64,000 nt of DNA from Felis catus (Eukaryota). Both the position numbers and the translations under genes were made by a program. Below are positions 11,343 to 25,316 of the stretch, piece after piece; position 1 is the stretch's first letter, and each line of letters opens with the position of its first letter. The stretch lies in contig NC_058368.1 in assembly GCF_018350175.1 (NCBI RefSeq), positions 72,790,001 through 72,854,000 of the forward strand, read 5' to 3'. The notes under the pieces were generated by a model, which saw nothing but the letters and a program-made list of their open reading frames with translations, ran no database searches and was not told the DNA's origin.

Positions 11343-12847
11343 GAAAGTGACTATTAGGCTTCTCAGCTTCATGACATTTGGCCTGAGTCTGGAAATTCAT
11401 TCAGGATTTGAATAGATTTAGCTTTGGAGGAGAGTGTTTTAGGTAGGAGGAACAGAGTTAGATACTTTGGTCTCTATTGACTAATCACCCAACTCCCCAA
11501 ATTAAATGTGAAATGAGGACTGTTTCCAAAATAAACATATTACAGACAATCTTGCTGTGGCTTTTACCAACTGTTGGCTAACATTCCTCATTTCCTTCCT
11601 TTGAACAAAACTGAGCTCTTGAATAGTGTTGGTTGAGGCAACCCCAGTGGGAAGCCAGAATTAGCAATCTCAGATATGATGGCGTCCTATCACTCTTGTT
11701 TTAGATATCTGAAATTGCAGCAACACTCTAAAGTTGTTCTCCTCATGGAACTCACTTTTTTGGGGAAATTCTTGAGCCAGTAAGAAACCGCCAAGAAATT
11801 AGTCTACACTGCAGATGGTTTGGCTTCTAAAAGGAGAACCTAACATGGCTTCAGTGATCCTCATAGCCACTGGGTCCACAGCCTTCAAGGCTGTGGCTAG
11901 GCTTGATGGCTTGCTGTCTCAGCCATAGATAGCTGGCTCTTTGTGAAACCACAAAGGGATACAAATCTTGAGGCAAGGAAACAAATCCATTCAGACATAG
12001 GAATTAGCTTTCAAAAGGATTCATTCTACTGCTTCAGGTCAATAAAATGGGAAAGGACTTAAAATAGCATAAGATGCATATGTATTTAGATGTCAAAGTT
12101 GTATGGGCTTTAATGATGGACAGTGTTGAAAGTGCATTACACACCACCCTCAAATTCAAGACCCTTGAAAAGAAGGATGAGACATAGTGGCCAATATTGA
12201 GCAGAAATTATGTGGACAACCCATTTTATGGTATTTTCTATAGTAAAAATTCTTACAACGGCATAGGCATTTCTGATATGATTTCTTCAAAATCAAGATT
12301 TTTTTTTTGCTCCAAAATAATAGGAAGCCACATTTGATTTATAAACACTTGTATGGATATTTGATAGAGCTATTTGCCATCAAAGTTAACTTCTATCCAA
12401 AAACTGAATTTTTACACAAAATTAAACCTCACATTAACACATTTAAACCAAAGCTAGCTACTGCCTAGCACGACTCATACAAAGCATAAAATAAAGAAGC
12501 AACTCTCATATTTTTATTTTTATTTTTCATTCAGATACCTGGCAAATAGATTCATTGGTGAAGATACAGGAAAAATATATGGAAGAAATTAAGTATAGCC
12601 TGTAATAATATTATAACTTCATCATCTCAAACCACCTCATCTGTCCTTTGTAACCCCTGCAACTCCCTAAGAAAACAAGTCAATTTTACTAGCCTCCCAC
12701 ACAAAAAAGAACTATGGCATGAAAAGTCTCTACCCAGGTAAAGCAAGTGGTCCATTGGTTCACAAATTCACATGATATATTATATTGTTAACATGGATAT
12801 TGAATCTCCGATAGATACAGATCTTATTATCTCTTAACATCTCTCTT

Positions 12848-12850
<3 letters not shown>

Positions 12851-12881
<31 letters not shown>
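12851..12881. repeat. (AC)15 microsatellite
   Basis: Read directly from the sequence. Confidence 0.95.
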
Positions 12882-12884
<3 letters not shown>

Positions 12885-12917
12885 TTCTATGGCATTTCAT
12901 AATATTGTGTAACTCCT

Positions 12918-13123
12918 GGGGCACCTGGGGGGTTCAGCTGGTTAAGCATCCAACTCTTGATTTCAGCTGAGATCATGATCTCACCATCATGAAATGGAGC
13001 CCTACATCTGGCTTTGCATTGACAGCATGGAGCCTAGTTGGGATTGTCTCTCTCCCTCTCTTTCTTCCCCTTCCCTGCTCATGCTATCTCTGTCTCTCTC
13101 AATAAATGAATAAACATTTTAAA
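12918..13123 (+). mobile_element. Can-SINE
   Basis: Head ggggcacctgggg. TSD aatattgtgtaactcct (12901-12917) / aatattatgtagctcct (13124-13140). Confidence 0.94.
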
Positions 13124-13614
13124 AATATTATGTAGCTCCTATCCAAGTTTAGATTATAAAATTATATTATAGTAGTAATGTTGTTTTAGAGTAGTGAATA
13201 CTTTTTAAAGCAAATAGAGGAAATTTGAATTTGTCCAATAGTTTTATTAGCAAGCAATCATACCATGCGGCAGAATGTATGAGGCTTGAGATTTATTGGG
13301 AGACTAGCAGTTTATTGCTGGTTTCCCCACTCACCAGCTAGATTATCTCAAGGAATTTACCTTACTTTTGAGCTTCAGTTCTCTATAAAACATAAACAAC
13401 AATGAGGTCCAACCTATATATCTCCTAGAGTTGATGAGATAAAAAACACAACAACCACATGCTACTGAAATAGTGAAATCTCCTGTAGTGAAATCTCTAC
13501 TCCTGTAGAGTAACAATTGTGACTATTATTTGATTTGCAAATGGAGCGACAGTGGGTGGTCTTTAAATGAAAAGATCCCTGATACACTTCACTAATTATT
13601 CAGTTTGTAAGAAT

Positions 13615-13617
<3 letters not shown>

Positions 13618-13660
<43 letters not shown>
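13618..13660. repeat. (GA)n microsatellite, ~21 units
   Basis: Read directly from the sequence. Confidence 0.95.
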
Positions 13661-13667
<7 letters not shown>

Positions 13668-14371
13668 GGCCAAGTATTTTTAATGCCAATCTTCAAGACT
13701 ATAAAGAAATAGGCGGCTGAGAGGCTCTCACAAAAGAAGAAAAAGAGATAAAATATTCTTCCTCTGTTCTTATTCTTTCTCTCTCTGTGTTATAGATTTC
13801 ATTATTTCATTTTAGACATAGAAAAATTAAAGTCTTGCTACAATGGCATACTTGATTGTGAGACTAATGAGACCATAGCTAAATGTAATCAATATTCAAG
13901 AGAAGCAAGATAATATGTAGGAATATAATAAACAATCTGCTTCATGAATGCAGATGGGTTCCAAGCTACAAAGAAGATATGAACCCCAAGAAGCACCTAT
14001 ATGCCCAGTGTTTCTTTCCAGGTATTCAAATTTGCATTTAGATGTGAGAATTGGAATACAAAACAAAATATAAAGAAAAGAGATATGAATCGATATACCT
14101 TGAATGCTGTATTTGTCTTGTCTAATTTTAAAACTTAGGTCTGCTTTTTAGATGAAATACAAAAGTCACTGGGTTCACTAAGGTTATCCTTTGTGAGCAA
14201 AGAGAGCAGAGGTGAGAGTGGAAGAAGGGAGAAAAGAGAGACCACATGTGTCACACAAGCAGGGGAAACGAAAAACAAAATATAGAACCTTAGGAAAAAC
14301 TGAATGAGAGCTAATAAGGTATTTGACAGTCAACAAATTAAGTAAGTGCAAAGACAAACTGAGCCTTGCCA

Positions 14372-14518
14372 CTCTTAGTGTGGTCTCCAGACTGGCAGTG
14401 TCCCATCACTAACAAGTTAGAAACACAGCAGCTCACCTTATAAAATGTATCTAATCAGAATTCACATTTTGAGATCTCCAGAGGACTCATATGCAGGTTC
14501 ACATTCGAGAAGCTCTAG
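14372..14518. mobile_element. Degraded MER5-type hAT MITE
   Basis: agtgtggtctccagactggcag...aatcagaattcacatttt...agatctccagaggactcatatgca...tcgagaagc resembles MER5A/B. Confidence 0.55.
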
Positions 14519-15439
14519 ATCAGAGCATCTTTTTTGCCTGTTATGATTTAGAACCCAACCTTTCCTTCTTTCCCATTGTTTCATAACCAGATAATCATTC
14601 CCCATAGACAATCTTTATGCATTTACACAGGCCTATGATTGTTTATATGCAAGTGCATATGAGGCTCCATTCTAAAGTAGGATGTGTGGCATGGCTTAAG
14701 GAAATTATTTTCACTCCTTGATCCATATCATCTATGAGTACTTTTATGTTCACAGAGGGTCATTTCCTCCACCCATCTGACCATGACAAGAAAAAAAAAT
14801 TGTCAAGAACATAGACTGGACATAGACTAGAAGTTCCAACTTCTCCAAAATCCAATGGCCCAATGAGTTAAAACATAATAACTAAAACCATGCCTGTGGC
14901 AAACCTGTTAACATCCCCAAACAACTCTCACCTGACTACGTATTAATTGGGAGCATTGCCTTCTTCCTACCAGTTTTAGGGAAATTAAAACTTCTCTAAA
15001 ACATGTTCTTCATCTGTGAAGCTTGGCAGTCTTTTAAATAAGGTGTTTCTATCGCTTCAGAATCAATGTTCAGAATGAACTTCGAAGAGAGGGGTTAACC
15101 AAAAGTGAGTCAGGATCAGCAGCTCCTAGTGTTTGTGGGGATTTTAGGATGTCAAGTGTGTAGGAGTGCTGCAAGTCACTGGCCCAATTGTGAATTATTC
15201 CATCACACTCTTTGCCTCTCCTTCTTCCTGTCCTGCTTCAGAGTCCAAGGCCCTGTGGATCTTCCTAGACTCCAATGGGCTTGTACATTTGGTCTGACTT
15301 GGCCTTATTTCCTAGGTGGACTATTGCTACATTCTCTCCATACCTCACTGGGAGCTCTCCAAGGCAAAATGCAGTCAGGAGGTACTAATCCTTAGCTCTC
15401 AAGTTTTCCATCATCCTCTCTACCTCTGCAGAATGTTGT

Positions 15440-16007
15440 GTTAAGTATGGACAAAGGAAAAAAGAGGATCACCAACACTTAGAAGCTAGCCTGGTACTTA
15501 GAGCAAGGCCATGGTAGTCCCTCATGCATAAGGAATCTTACAGAAAAACCACCTCAGATAAAGGTTACTCTGGGACCATAATACAGTGAGACAAAGCAAG
15601 GGTACTTCATAGTTTTGTCTAAGAACTGACAAAAACAAGGCCACTGTTCTGCCCAAAAAAATACCAAACAGCACCTATTGTGGTCAAAATGAGCACCTGC
15701 TGCTGCTTTCCCAGTTGCATTCCCATCTCCATTCAAGATTCCCCTCCCTAATTGATAAGACTTAGTGAGCAGCCAGCCATAGACCTGCCCCCACTTCCTG
15801 ACAGCATCCAACCCACATCACATCCTCAATGGCTTACACTTTGCCTCATGTCACCCAACCAAAGCCCAAATCCTATAATGGTTTCCTTCCTATGGAGATG
15901 CTCCCATAGTCCCGCATGGAGTATGTCCTTCCTCAATGCCACATGCAATAATACAACTTTTTCATCTATAGGTGTGTTTCTGGGCATCTTTGGCTGAAGG
16001 ACATCGA
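15440..16007 (+). mobile_element. Probable ancient ERV solo LTR (family not determined)
   Basis: LTR-like layout: TATA-like cctataa (~15872), AATAAT (~15947), U5-like ggtgtgtttctgggcatctttggctgaagg. Boundaries approximate. Confidence 0.45.
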
Positions 16008-16039
16008 TGATGAATGATTCCCTGGCTTAGTTTTACAGT

Positions 16040-16455
16040 GCTCTTCGGTCTCACATCCATCTTATTAGACTACTTGTGTTTCCCTCAACATGCGCTATAT
16101 TTTTGCATCTCTCTTTGTGCTGAGCTCTTATTTCAACTTGGAGTTTCCTTTCCCTAACTCCTAACTATCAAAACCTTGTTTAGTTGTCAAAGCTCAGGTT
16201 AAACTCTACAAGCAAGTTTCTCTACGTTTCCAGTCAAAACCTATCACTTTCTCCTCAGTGTTTCGTGCATATTTCATTTTTGACATTTACTCTATCTTGC
16301 ACTTTAGTTATTTATCTACTTTTTTTCTCCTTCACTAGGTTTGGAAGCTCCTGGAGAATTCCAATCATGCCTTATCCATCTCTCTTTTCCCTAGGGATTT
16401 CCCATCTCTCCACCTGGTATATAATACAATCATAATAAGTATTTGCTGAACTGGA
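16040..16455 (+). mobile_element. L2 3' fragment
   Basis: Pyrimidine-rich body, ggaagctcctggag, and an L2-type end cctggtatataatacaatcataataagtatttgctgaa. Confidence 0.6.
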
Positions 16456-16539
16456 TTTGTAATTGAAGTTTTAGATATCTGAGTTAAAGTTGAGAATTCT
16501 GAAAGATAGATATGAATTCATGTAAGATTCTCAGCTGCT

Positions 16540-16850
16540 ATCCTTATAAGAAAGGGAAATTGGAGCACAGAGACAGATGTGCACTCAAGCAGAACATTAT
16601 ATGTAGATGAAGGCAGAGATTGGGTGGTGATTTACAAGACAAGGGATGCCAAAGGTTTCCAGTGATCAACTGTTACCTCCAGAAACTACCTCCCAAAGAG
16701 GAAGGGGTTCTTCCATTCAGGAAGGAGAATAGACCTACAAACGCCTTGATTTGGGATTTCTGGCCTCTTGAACTGTGAGAGAATAAGTTTTTGTTGTTTA
16801 AACCACCAATCTGTGATACTTTGTTAGGGAAGCCCTAGAAAATGCATACA
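16540..16850 (+). mobile_element. MaLR LTR (MLT1B/C-like), 3' portion
   Basis: ccttataaga, gaaggcagagattgg, ccttgatttgggatttctggcctc, aactgtgagagaataagtttttgttgtttaa, agccctagaaaatgcataca. Confidence 0.85.
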
Positions 16851-16919
16851 CAAAGATTATGAGACAGTTGCTTATTATTTGCAAATTGCATCAGGAATCC
16901 TGGTCAGATAAGGGACTTA

Positions 16920-17960
16920 AGAACTCAAAGAAATAAAGAGAAGAATGGTGGTTGCCAGGGGCTCAGGGGTAGGAGAAATGGGGAGATACTGGGTACAAAC
17001 TTCTAGCTATAAGGTGAATAAGTTCTGCGGATCTAATGCATATCTTGGTGACTATAATAAATAATATTGTATTTTATACTGAGGTTGTGTAGAGACTAGA
17101 TCTCTTCTTTCCTCCAGCTTTACTGAGGTATGATTGACAAAGTTGTAAGATATGCAAAGTGTACAACATGGATGCACATATACATTGTGAAAGGATTCTC
17201 TCCATGGAGTTAATTAGACATTCATCACCTCACATATTTACCTTTTTATGTGTGTTTTTGGTGAGAACATTTAAGCTTTATTCTCTTAGCAAATTTCAAT
17301 TACACAATACAGTTTTTATCAATTATAATCACCATGTTTTACATTAGATCCTCAGACCTTATTTTTCATATAATTGAAAATTTATACCCTTTTACCAACC
17401 TCTTTATATCCCCCCCCCACCTTCTAAACCCTGACAGTCACTTGTTTACTCTGTTTCTATGAGTTTGATTTTTTTTTTTTAGATTCTCTCTACAAGTGAT
17501 ATCATGCAGTATTTGTATTTCTGTGTCTGGCTTATTTCACTTAGCATAGTGCCCTCCAGATCCATCTGTGCTATTGCAAATGGCAGGATTTCTTTCTTTT
17601 TAAAAGGCTGAATACTATTCCATTATATATATCACATTTATCAGTGGGCACTTAGGCTGTTACTATATGTTGGCTATTGTGAATAATACTTCAATGAACG
17701 TAAGAATACAGATAATCTCTTTGAGACAATGGTTTCATTTTCTTTGGATGTACACCCAGAAGTGGAATTGATTATTCAAGAGATTATATCACCACCTCTC
17801 CCCACAATGGTAATTATATGAAGGGCTGAAGGTGTTAACTAACCTTACTGTGGTAATCACTTAGCAACACATACATGTACCCAATCATCATATTGCACAC
17901 CTTAAGCTTACATATGTTATATGCCAATAATGAAGTCAGAAAAAAGAATACAATAAAATT
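16920..17960 (+). mobile_element. L1 3' end (L1MA9-like) split by an antisense L1 insertion
   Basis: gaatggtggttgccagggg...gtgaataagttctgcggatctaatg (16920-17103) resumes at ~17773 as atggtaattatatg...ggtaatcac...acaccttaagcttaca. Confidence 0.8.
17104..17772 (-). mobile_element. Antisense L1 3' fragment (L1MA-like) nested in the preceding L1
   Basis: ccagctttactgaggtatgattgac, ggtgagaacatttaag, ctggcttatttcacttagcata, cccagaagtggaattg. Confidence 0.85.
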
Positions 17961-18007
17961 TTAAAAAGGAAAAGAGGCTCGAAGGGATGCTTAAGAAAAT
18001 TATTCTA

Positions 18008-18226
18008 GGGGCACCTCGGTGGCTTGGTCGGTTAAGCATCCGACTTTGGCTCAGGTCATGATCTCACGGTCCGTGAGTTCGAGCCCCGCGTTGGGCTCTG
18101 TGCTGACAGCTCAGAGCCTGGAGCCTGTTTCAGATTCTGTGTCTCCCTCACTCTCTGACCCTCCCCCATTCATGCTCTGTCTCTCTCTGTCTCAAAAATA
18201 AATAAACGTTAAAAAAAATTTTTAAA
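18008..18226 (+). mobile_element. Can-SINE (felid SINEC_Fc type), fairly young
   Basis: Several CpGs retained (gtccgtgagttcgagccccgcg). TSD aagaaaattattcta(g) at ~17993-18008 and 18227-18242. Confidence 0.97.
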
Positions 18227-21200
18227 AAGAAAATTATTCTAGAAATGTAAGTTTGCCCAATCAGTTTAAACTCACATCAATAGTTAATTAACCCAGTCAT
18301 AATAAGAACCAAGCATCAACAAAATACTATAATGTTTAGTTATTCAAAAAATAGCACCAAGCTAGCATTTCCATGACATTCATTAGGTTTTTCTATAGCA
18401 GAACATCTCTGCCTGTGGCCAGTTGGCTTCCTGCATCAAAGTCACATGGAATGAAGCTTAACATTCATATTTCCAAAGTGATTCCAAGACCTACTGAATC
18501 ATAAAGAAAACCTGAGAGTGAGGTGTCCTCTTCTATTGAATAAAAATTTATGGGGTGGGGTATTCTATTGAATAAGAACATCTGAAGATATGTTTAATTA
18601 CTCTTAGGTAATCATTGTGCACGTTAAGTTTGTGAACCACTTTTCTGTATTTTTCTTGACTGTTTCTATGTTTCCCTTCTTATGACACTAAAGCTTAATT
18701 GTGTGCCAGTATCAGTTTCTGAAGAACAGGCAAAGCATGATCATTTCAAGGTCATAAGATGGGAAATTTTATGTTGTGTGGGAGGAACCTCCTATTCTTT
18801 CTCACAAATAACTCAAACTGCAAGAAAAACTATGGAAACACTAGAAATTATAAGCAAGCAAATACATTCTTTAAATACATTCTTCTTTCATAGCCTCTTC
18901 TAAATCGTAGCTTTTCTTCTTCAAAGACTCTGCCCATGCACCTGTGTTTTCCCTTCTCTAGGATACTGTCTTCATGAGTGGGGACCATGTCTTGGCTTGT
19001 GATGCCTTCACATCACTTTTGAATCCTTCACAAAATCTATCACATGCCTTAGACACACACATTAAGAGCCCAATAAATACCTGCTGCCTAACTGGCAGGA
19101 GGAAATCTGATAAACTAATACTATTGGGGCAAAGTGGGGTGATGGCTCAGACACACTGGTTACAGAAGATGACACCATTGTTTTCCGAATTTAAAGCTCA
19201 CCTATGACTGTAGCGAAGATGAGTCACTGGGTCAATGGTTATATTGTGAATTTTTAGCTCTCTGCCAACATTTCCAGATGATTTGTACAACAATCTTCTG
19301 CATTTTATTAGCTCAGATTGATGACTTAAAAGGGAAACTATAATTGATGACATACCACAGCCAACCTCTGTTACTCAATCAAGTGAAAGTGCAGCAATAA
19401 GTAGATAAATATTATCTCAGAAATGAAGATAAGTGAATAGAAATGAATGAAGTTGAAATTGTGATGTAATGGTGATGCCTCATTTATTAAGAGAATTGTC
19501 ATAAATCCAACAAGAAGTCTGAAAAATATTACCAAAAGGTAACATATCATTCCGACTGTTGGCTGTAGAAAATCCTGTTTTCTTATAACAGCTATTGGAC
19601 ACATTTTATTTTTAAGATTAAAAAAAATAAAGAAAACATTTAGCAAGATTGGAAGACCCCACTTCTCAAGACTTCTAATATTTACTATTTCAGAATACCC
19701 CATTGGCAGAAGAGTCAGAGCATATAGCTGTTAACCTAAGTTTTCCTTACTGCTCCTTTGCTTCTCTCTTCATTCATTCTTGAACCATTCATTCATTCAT
19801 TCCATCAACAGACTTTTTTTTTTTAATCTGGGCATTTCTTGAGTTGAACAGAGCTGGGAGTTTGAAAGTTGAGAGGGTACTTTCAGTGAAATGGATTTCT
19901 ATAACTAGGTTGCTTTCCATCCAAAATTTCAACTTAGGAGCCCCTAAGATCCTAAGAAGAGAAGGACATACCTGGAGTGAAGCTATCAAAGAACTCATCA
20001 GTTGACAGATACAAAAACTGCTCAGGGAAGAAAGGGTGGGCAACATTTGGCTCATGGGCTACATGTTTGGAGACATTCATGGAGCTTCCTTTGCAAAGGG
20101 ATAGACTTCCCAGGTCTTCTTAGCTACCTTTCCAAATACCTAGTGTATAGCTGACACTTATACTATGTTGGTAAGTTGCTAAATTAAGCCGGATGACATA
20201 CAAAAATTCATCTGGTCTCATGACTCTGGCTGAAGGGGAAGACATAGAACAGCCTACTGCTTCTGGCTCCCCTCATTGGGACAGTCCTAGGTAAATCTCC
20301 TGCCATTGAAGTTCCCTGGTTCCTTGTACACATTCTGTTTCAAGGCAGCCAAAGGATGAGAGTTCAAATCAATTATGTGTGGAATGCAACAGGCTTCGGT
20401 CAGCCCCCTTTATTCCTTACATCACTATCTGCACAAAGCCCACATGACTGTTTTATTATGATTTTTCACTCCAGATTAAACTCAAAACTGGCATATTTCC
20501 ACCTATTTAAAATTTTGGCTTATGTTAATTTTTATATGAAAGATTTGCTGCCTAAAGTAGAAAAGCAGTATCCAATTTGGCACACAGGAAAAAAAAAGGA
20601 TTCCTTACTTGGTAGGGCACTGGGTGTGGTGACTGGCAATGAGTAGGAGTTGGGCAGAGGTTGCTCTTTGTTCTAGTGCACAAAACATACTACATCCCAA
20701 CAAAGCCTCACCTCAAAGGGCCACAATGGAGTGTTCTTTTTTTTCCCATTATTCATGCATGCAACAAACATTTATTGTTTATGGGTCAGGACATTTGGAT
20801 GCTTTTTGTCTGGTTTTATCATTAGTTTGCTTCATAACAATCTCTTACTCACTCTTGACTCTCTTTTATTCTACTCAAAATGAATACCATAGAGCTTTCT
20901 AATTGGTTGCATTGGCTGTCAGTTATAGGGGACCACATTTGGGTCTCATATGTTGAAGATGAGGGCACTGAGGTTCACAGAAGATACTTATTTGTCAATG
21001 CTTATGAAGACAATATATGGGAGACCTAGACCTTGAAATCACATCCTTTCTTTCTTGTTTCTATGTTCAGTACAGCCAGGAAACATTTCTTGAACTCAAT
21101 TTATTCTCAGTAGGTGTTTGAAAGTACATCTCCATACACACCATATACTTTACTCTTTGCATATGGCCCACGGTACAAAAATACTTTTATATTCTCTTGT

Positions 21201-23124
21201 AATTTGCCTGCTTAGAGGATCTGAGTGACATTTAAGGACTTCAGAGTAATCAAATATGCAGATACTGGAATCCTGGATGAGAGAATCGCAAAACATTGAT
21301 TTTATAGCTTTCTGTGGCAATGTCTCCACTTATCCAATGGGCCACACAGAAGTTGTCTATGCAAAATTAAAGTTTAGTTCAGTTAAGTGTTTTTTTTAAC
21401 TGTATAGCACTTTTAGGCTGGGAGGAAATGTTTTATCAAGTAATTCTAACACAAAATCGTAGTTCAATTATAGTGGCTTCTCTAGTGAAAGCATGTAAGT
21501 GATAATATATTGCAGCAAATACATAGCCTTTGAAATTTTATAGTGCAAGCAAATAGATAAACATGTGTATTCTACCTTTGCATTTTCCGTGGAGACGGGG
21601 ATCCTATGTGGGAGTTTGAGCTGAGGAACCTAAGGGGTTGGGAAGCAAGTGCCATTCTCTCAGCAACGTTAATCGGCAAATTCCCTGATGAATCAATCAG
21701 ACTCAATACATAACAGGTGAGTATTATTATTCACTTCAAATATAAGCAAGTGTGTTTCAGTAGTGATCTGTTCTTTCATGGGTGCGGTGCATAGATTTCC
21801 TCCATCTGGTCTCACTCACACTCCAAACATCAAGGCAAGTTGGTGGCACAGTAGCAGCTATGCATGGGGCCCCATGAACACCTACCTGACTCAGACTGTT
21901 TCAAAGCCACCAACTGGAAACATTAGAGCAAACTCAAAGGTCTCGTTATCTAGTTATATGAGGATTGGCAACCAATTTCACGCCATTGTTTTTGCCTGGG
22001 GCTGAAATATTTTGACATAAAGAAGGCAGAACTTGGAAGCCAGGATGTAACTGCCTCACCTCTAGGATTGACTCCCTTCAAAATTTTAATTTCAGGATGT
22101 TTCAGAGTGAAAATGCCCTGAGAGGTCACAAAATCCAGCTTTCTCTTTTCACAATCCCAAAAGAAAAAAAAAAGAGATTCTTCTTTCACCCTTATCACTC
22201 ATTGCAATCTTCTTGACAGAGTCTTTCTTTCAAGGTATTTTGGGGTTGTTTTTTGGAGGGAGGGTTAAGCCAAGCCCAAGAATAATGGCGTAAGAATTCC
22301 TTTGCTGGAGGAGAGGTTCAGTTGTGATTAGAAAGAGTAGATGTGTCGGATAAGCTTTGGCAAAGAAAATAACAAAGAAGAAATCTGGGATTTATATTCA
22401 GAAATACCGGTGATGTGCTCGGTGGGTGGGACAAATAACCCTTTAGCATTGCAGTTTTTCTCCCTGTAAAAAGGGAAAACTTTCTCCACCTTCCTCATAC
22501 ACACTTTTCCTAGCTGACAGAACACTTCAGAAAGCACACTTCATTTTACTTTATTTCTGTTTTGAAAGTTCTTGAGAAAGCATTTAACCAGCTGGTTTGG
22601 TACATAATGTGAACTGAATGATACACATGCATGTTTAAAAAAAGTTATACCCGTCCTCCGGAGGTCATTGTCATAGAAACCTTGTAATACCTTTAAATAA
22701 AATACAGCCATTCTTTGAAAGGAAAACTTTAACATCATTTACAAAGATAAAAACTTTTTGAAATAATGCAGGTTGGCTTGAAGATATTCTTTGTCACAGT
22801 AACTATTTTGCCCTCCATTGTAAACTTGGTAAAGGAGTCTCATTTTGGTGGTGGTCATTGTTCAGTTTGGCTAATTACTCTTCTAGTTGCTTCCTTAGAT
22901 ATTCCTTTCAAGGTCTGAATTTTTATTATCAGCATAAAAAATCGCATTCAATATCATTCATTATAACCACTGAATGCTGTACTCTAGATGACCCTGAAGT
23001 ATAGTTTATAAATGATATGTGTCTTATTTGCCCATTTTGATATGTTATAGCATCCATGGTCTAGTTGGGAGAGAATGTGTCTATCCCAGGACTCTATAGG
23101 AATACTCTCAGGACTCAGATATGG

Positions 23125-23280
23125 TTCCTAATCTTCATAAGAACTTTCAGAATTATGTATTACTTTCTCCATTTTTCAGAAGAGGATGTTGAGGCTCAGA
23201 AAGGTTAAGTAACTTGTTCAAGGTCACACAGCTAGCAAGTGGCAGAGCAGAACTACCCAGGACTGACTCCAAGGTTTACT
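23125..23280 (-). mobile_element. MIR
   Basis: tgaggctcagaaaggttaagtaacttgttcaaggtcacacagctagcaagtggcagagc. Confidence 0.85.
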
Positions 23281-23391
23281 ATGCAGCATGTTTCTCATAG
23301 TAGATTGTAATCAAATACAGCAAGCATTTAACGTGTATTAGTATAAACTAGCTTCAGTGACTGGGGAATTCACATAAGAAAATACAATGCT

Positions 23392-23614
23392 GGGGTGCCT
23401 GGGTAGCTCAGTCAGTTAAGTGACTGACTACTGATTTCAGCTCAGGTCATGATCTCATGGTTTGTGAGTTTGAGTCCGCATCAGGCTCTGCCCTGACAAT
23501 GCAGAACCTGCTTGGGATTTTCTCTCTCCCTCTCTCTCTCTACCCCTCTCCTGCTCACACTCTGTCTCTCTCAAAACAAATACATAAACATTAAAAAAGA
23601 GAGAGAGAGAAAAG
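23392..23614 (+). mobile_element. Can-SINE
   Basis: Head ggggtgcctgggtagctcagtcag. TSD aagaaaatacaatgct / aagaaaacgcaatgct. Confidence 0.95.
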
Positions 23615-25316
23615 AAGAAAACGCAATGCTGCATACAATATTTGTAAATATCAATTACCCTAAAACAATATAGCTCAGGTATCTGAAATAGAGCTGCCAC
23701 ACTGCACAATTCTGGGGCATCATTTACATCATATTCCATAGGAATGACCCCTCTTGGAGTCATGGACTCTAGACCCTGCATAACCCCCATGACAATCCTG
23801 ATGATAAAGTCTTCCTGACTAACTGGTTAAAAAATAGTCCCATGAGCATCAGGGGAAAAAAGAGAATAACAAATAGTACCACAAAAATCATTTATTTTTG
23901 ATAATTCTTAAGTCAAAGACCCAAACAATTTATTTTACAGATGTTCAATAAATTCCTGTTGAATGAATGTGTATGTCCAGGCTCTGACCAGAAATAAGAG
24001 ATTTCTCACTGAAGGTGATGGATAAATAGGCCAAATTTCTTGCAGTAAAAGCAGTGAAATGTAAGAGAAGGTGTCAGGGACACAAGCCCAGGTGCAGAAA
24101 AAGCGAGAGCAAGAGCAAGCAGGAAAGGAAATGGGCATAATGAAAAGCATAAAGTTTGAGAGAGGACAAAGTGACGAGTTCTTTAATATGTCCCCGGTTT
24201 CCTGTATGCCTTTTCTGGGTATTCCCTCCACAAGACTGAAACCTCCCCAGCTCTGTTGAAAATCCTCAACTACAAAATTAAACCCAACCTCCAGAAAATA
24301 ATAATTAACATCTACCCCATCTGGCTCTGGTCGTATTAACAGCCCCAGGTCAAGTTGCTCTGTTCCGCCTTCCCACCGCCTTCCAGCATCAACGCTGCAC
24401 ACCTGGGCTGCTTCCTCCATGTGGGCCTGGCTTGCCTGTCATATCTGCCCTTCCTCAGCTGTGAGCCCTTGCTAAGTCTCTTCCCTTCCCCTCAAGAGGC
24501 TTCAACTCCACCTTTGCCTGGTGAGGTCCACTCCCACCTCAAACACCACCACAGGCACCATCTATCCCAAGGAGGGTTCTCTGTTGGGGTCAGTCATCCT
24601 TTTTCTTCTCTGTTCTCATCACACTTAAAATCTGCATACAACCACCCTCCACTTACAGCCTTAATTATTTAACGAGGCCCCAGCTCCCTTTATTGCATCT
24701 TTTTAGCATCTTAAAGACAGATTCAAACCATTTGAATCATGGTTTTAGCTTCCAGAGGATTGAGCATAGATCAGACACAGGGTAGCTATATTATAAATAC
24801 TTGCACTGACAGTTTCTTAAGTGTCTGTCCCACGCCAGGCTTCTTGCAAAGTCACATTGAAACATGGGCCTTCTTGGCCTCCTTCTACCATAAAGATACT
24901 GAGTTTCAGAGAGGTAACTTAGTAAAACCAAAAGGTGAGTGCTAGAACTGGAATCCTAGTATAAGCCTATCAAAAGCCCATGACCCTCCCATTCCTTTAT
25001 CCTGTTTTTCTGACAAAGGGAAACAAAAGCTTAATATCAGCCTAAAATATATACATGTCAACAGCCCCCCAAAGCCATTTGGGGGTCCTTTGAGCTACAA
25101 TGTCTAGCCTGGTTCCATGGTGAAGCATCTGCAACTTGTGCTAAAGTCAGAAGTAAGGTTTGGTATTAGAATGATGAACCTGGGTTAGTATAAAAAATAT
25201 TTCATCTGTTAAATATGCTCTACTTTACAAGGCTGGGAATTTTATATCACAGATCTTAGTTCATTAATTTCTTGACTGGATTGGACAGCAGTCAAACAGT
25301 GGAAGCCAGTCTCCCA

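Noticed and set aside
12535..12605. Plus-strand acceptor followed by a short protein-like frame (TWQIDSLVKIQEKYMEEIKYSL*)
   Set aside because: Weak donor, no partner exons and no recognisable homology.
23935..24420. Longest ORF in the window (161 aa, minus strand)
   Set aside because: No recognisable domain, low-information composition, and it runs into L2-like sequence; consistent with chance.
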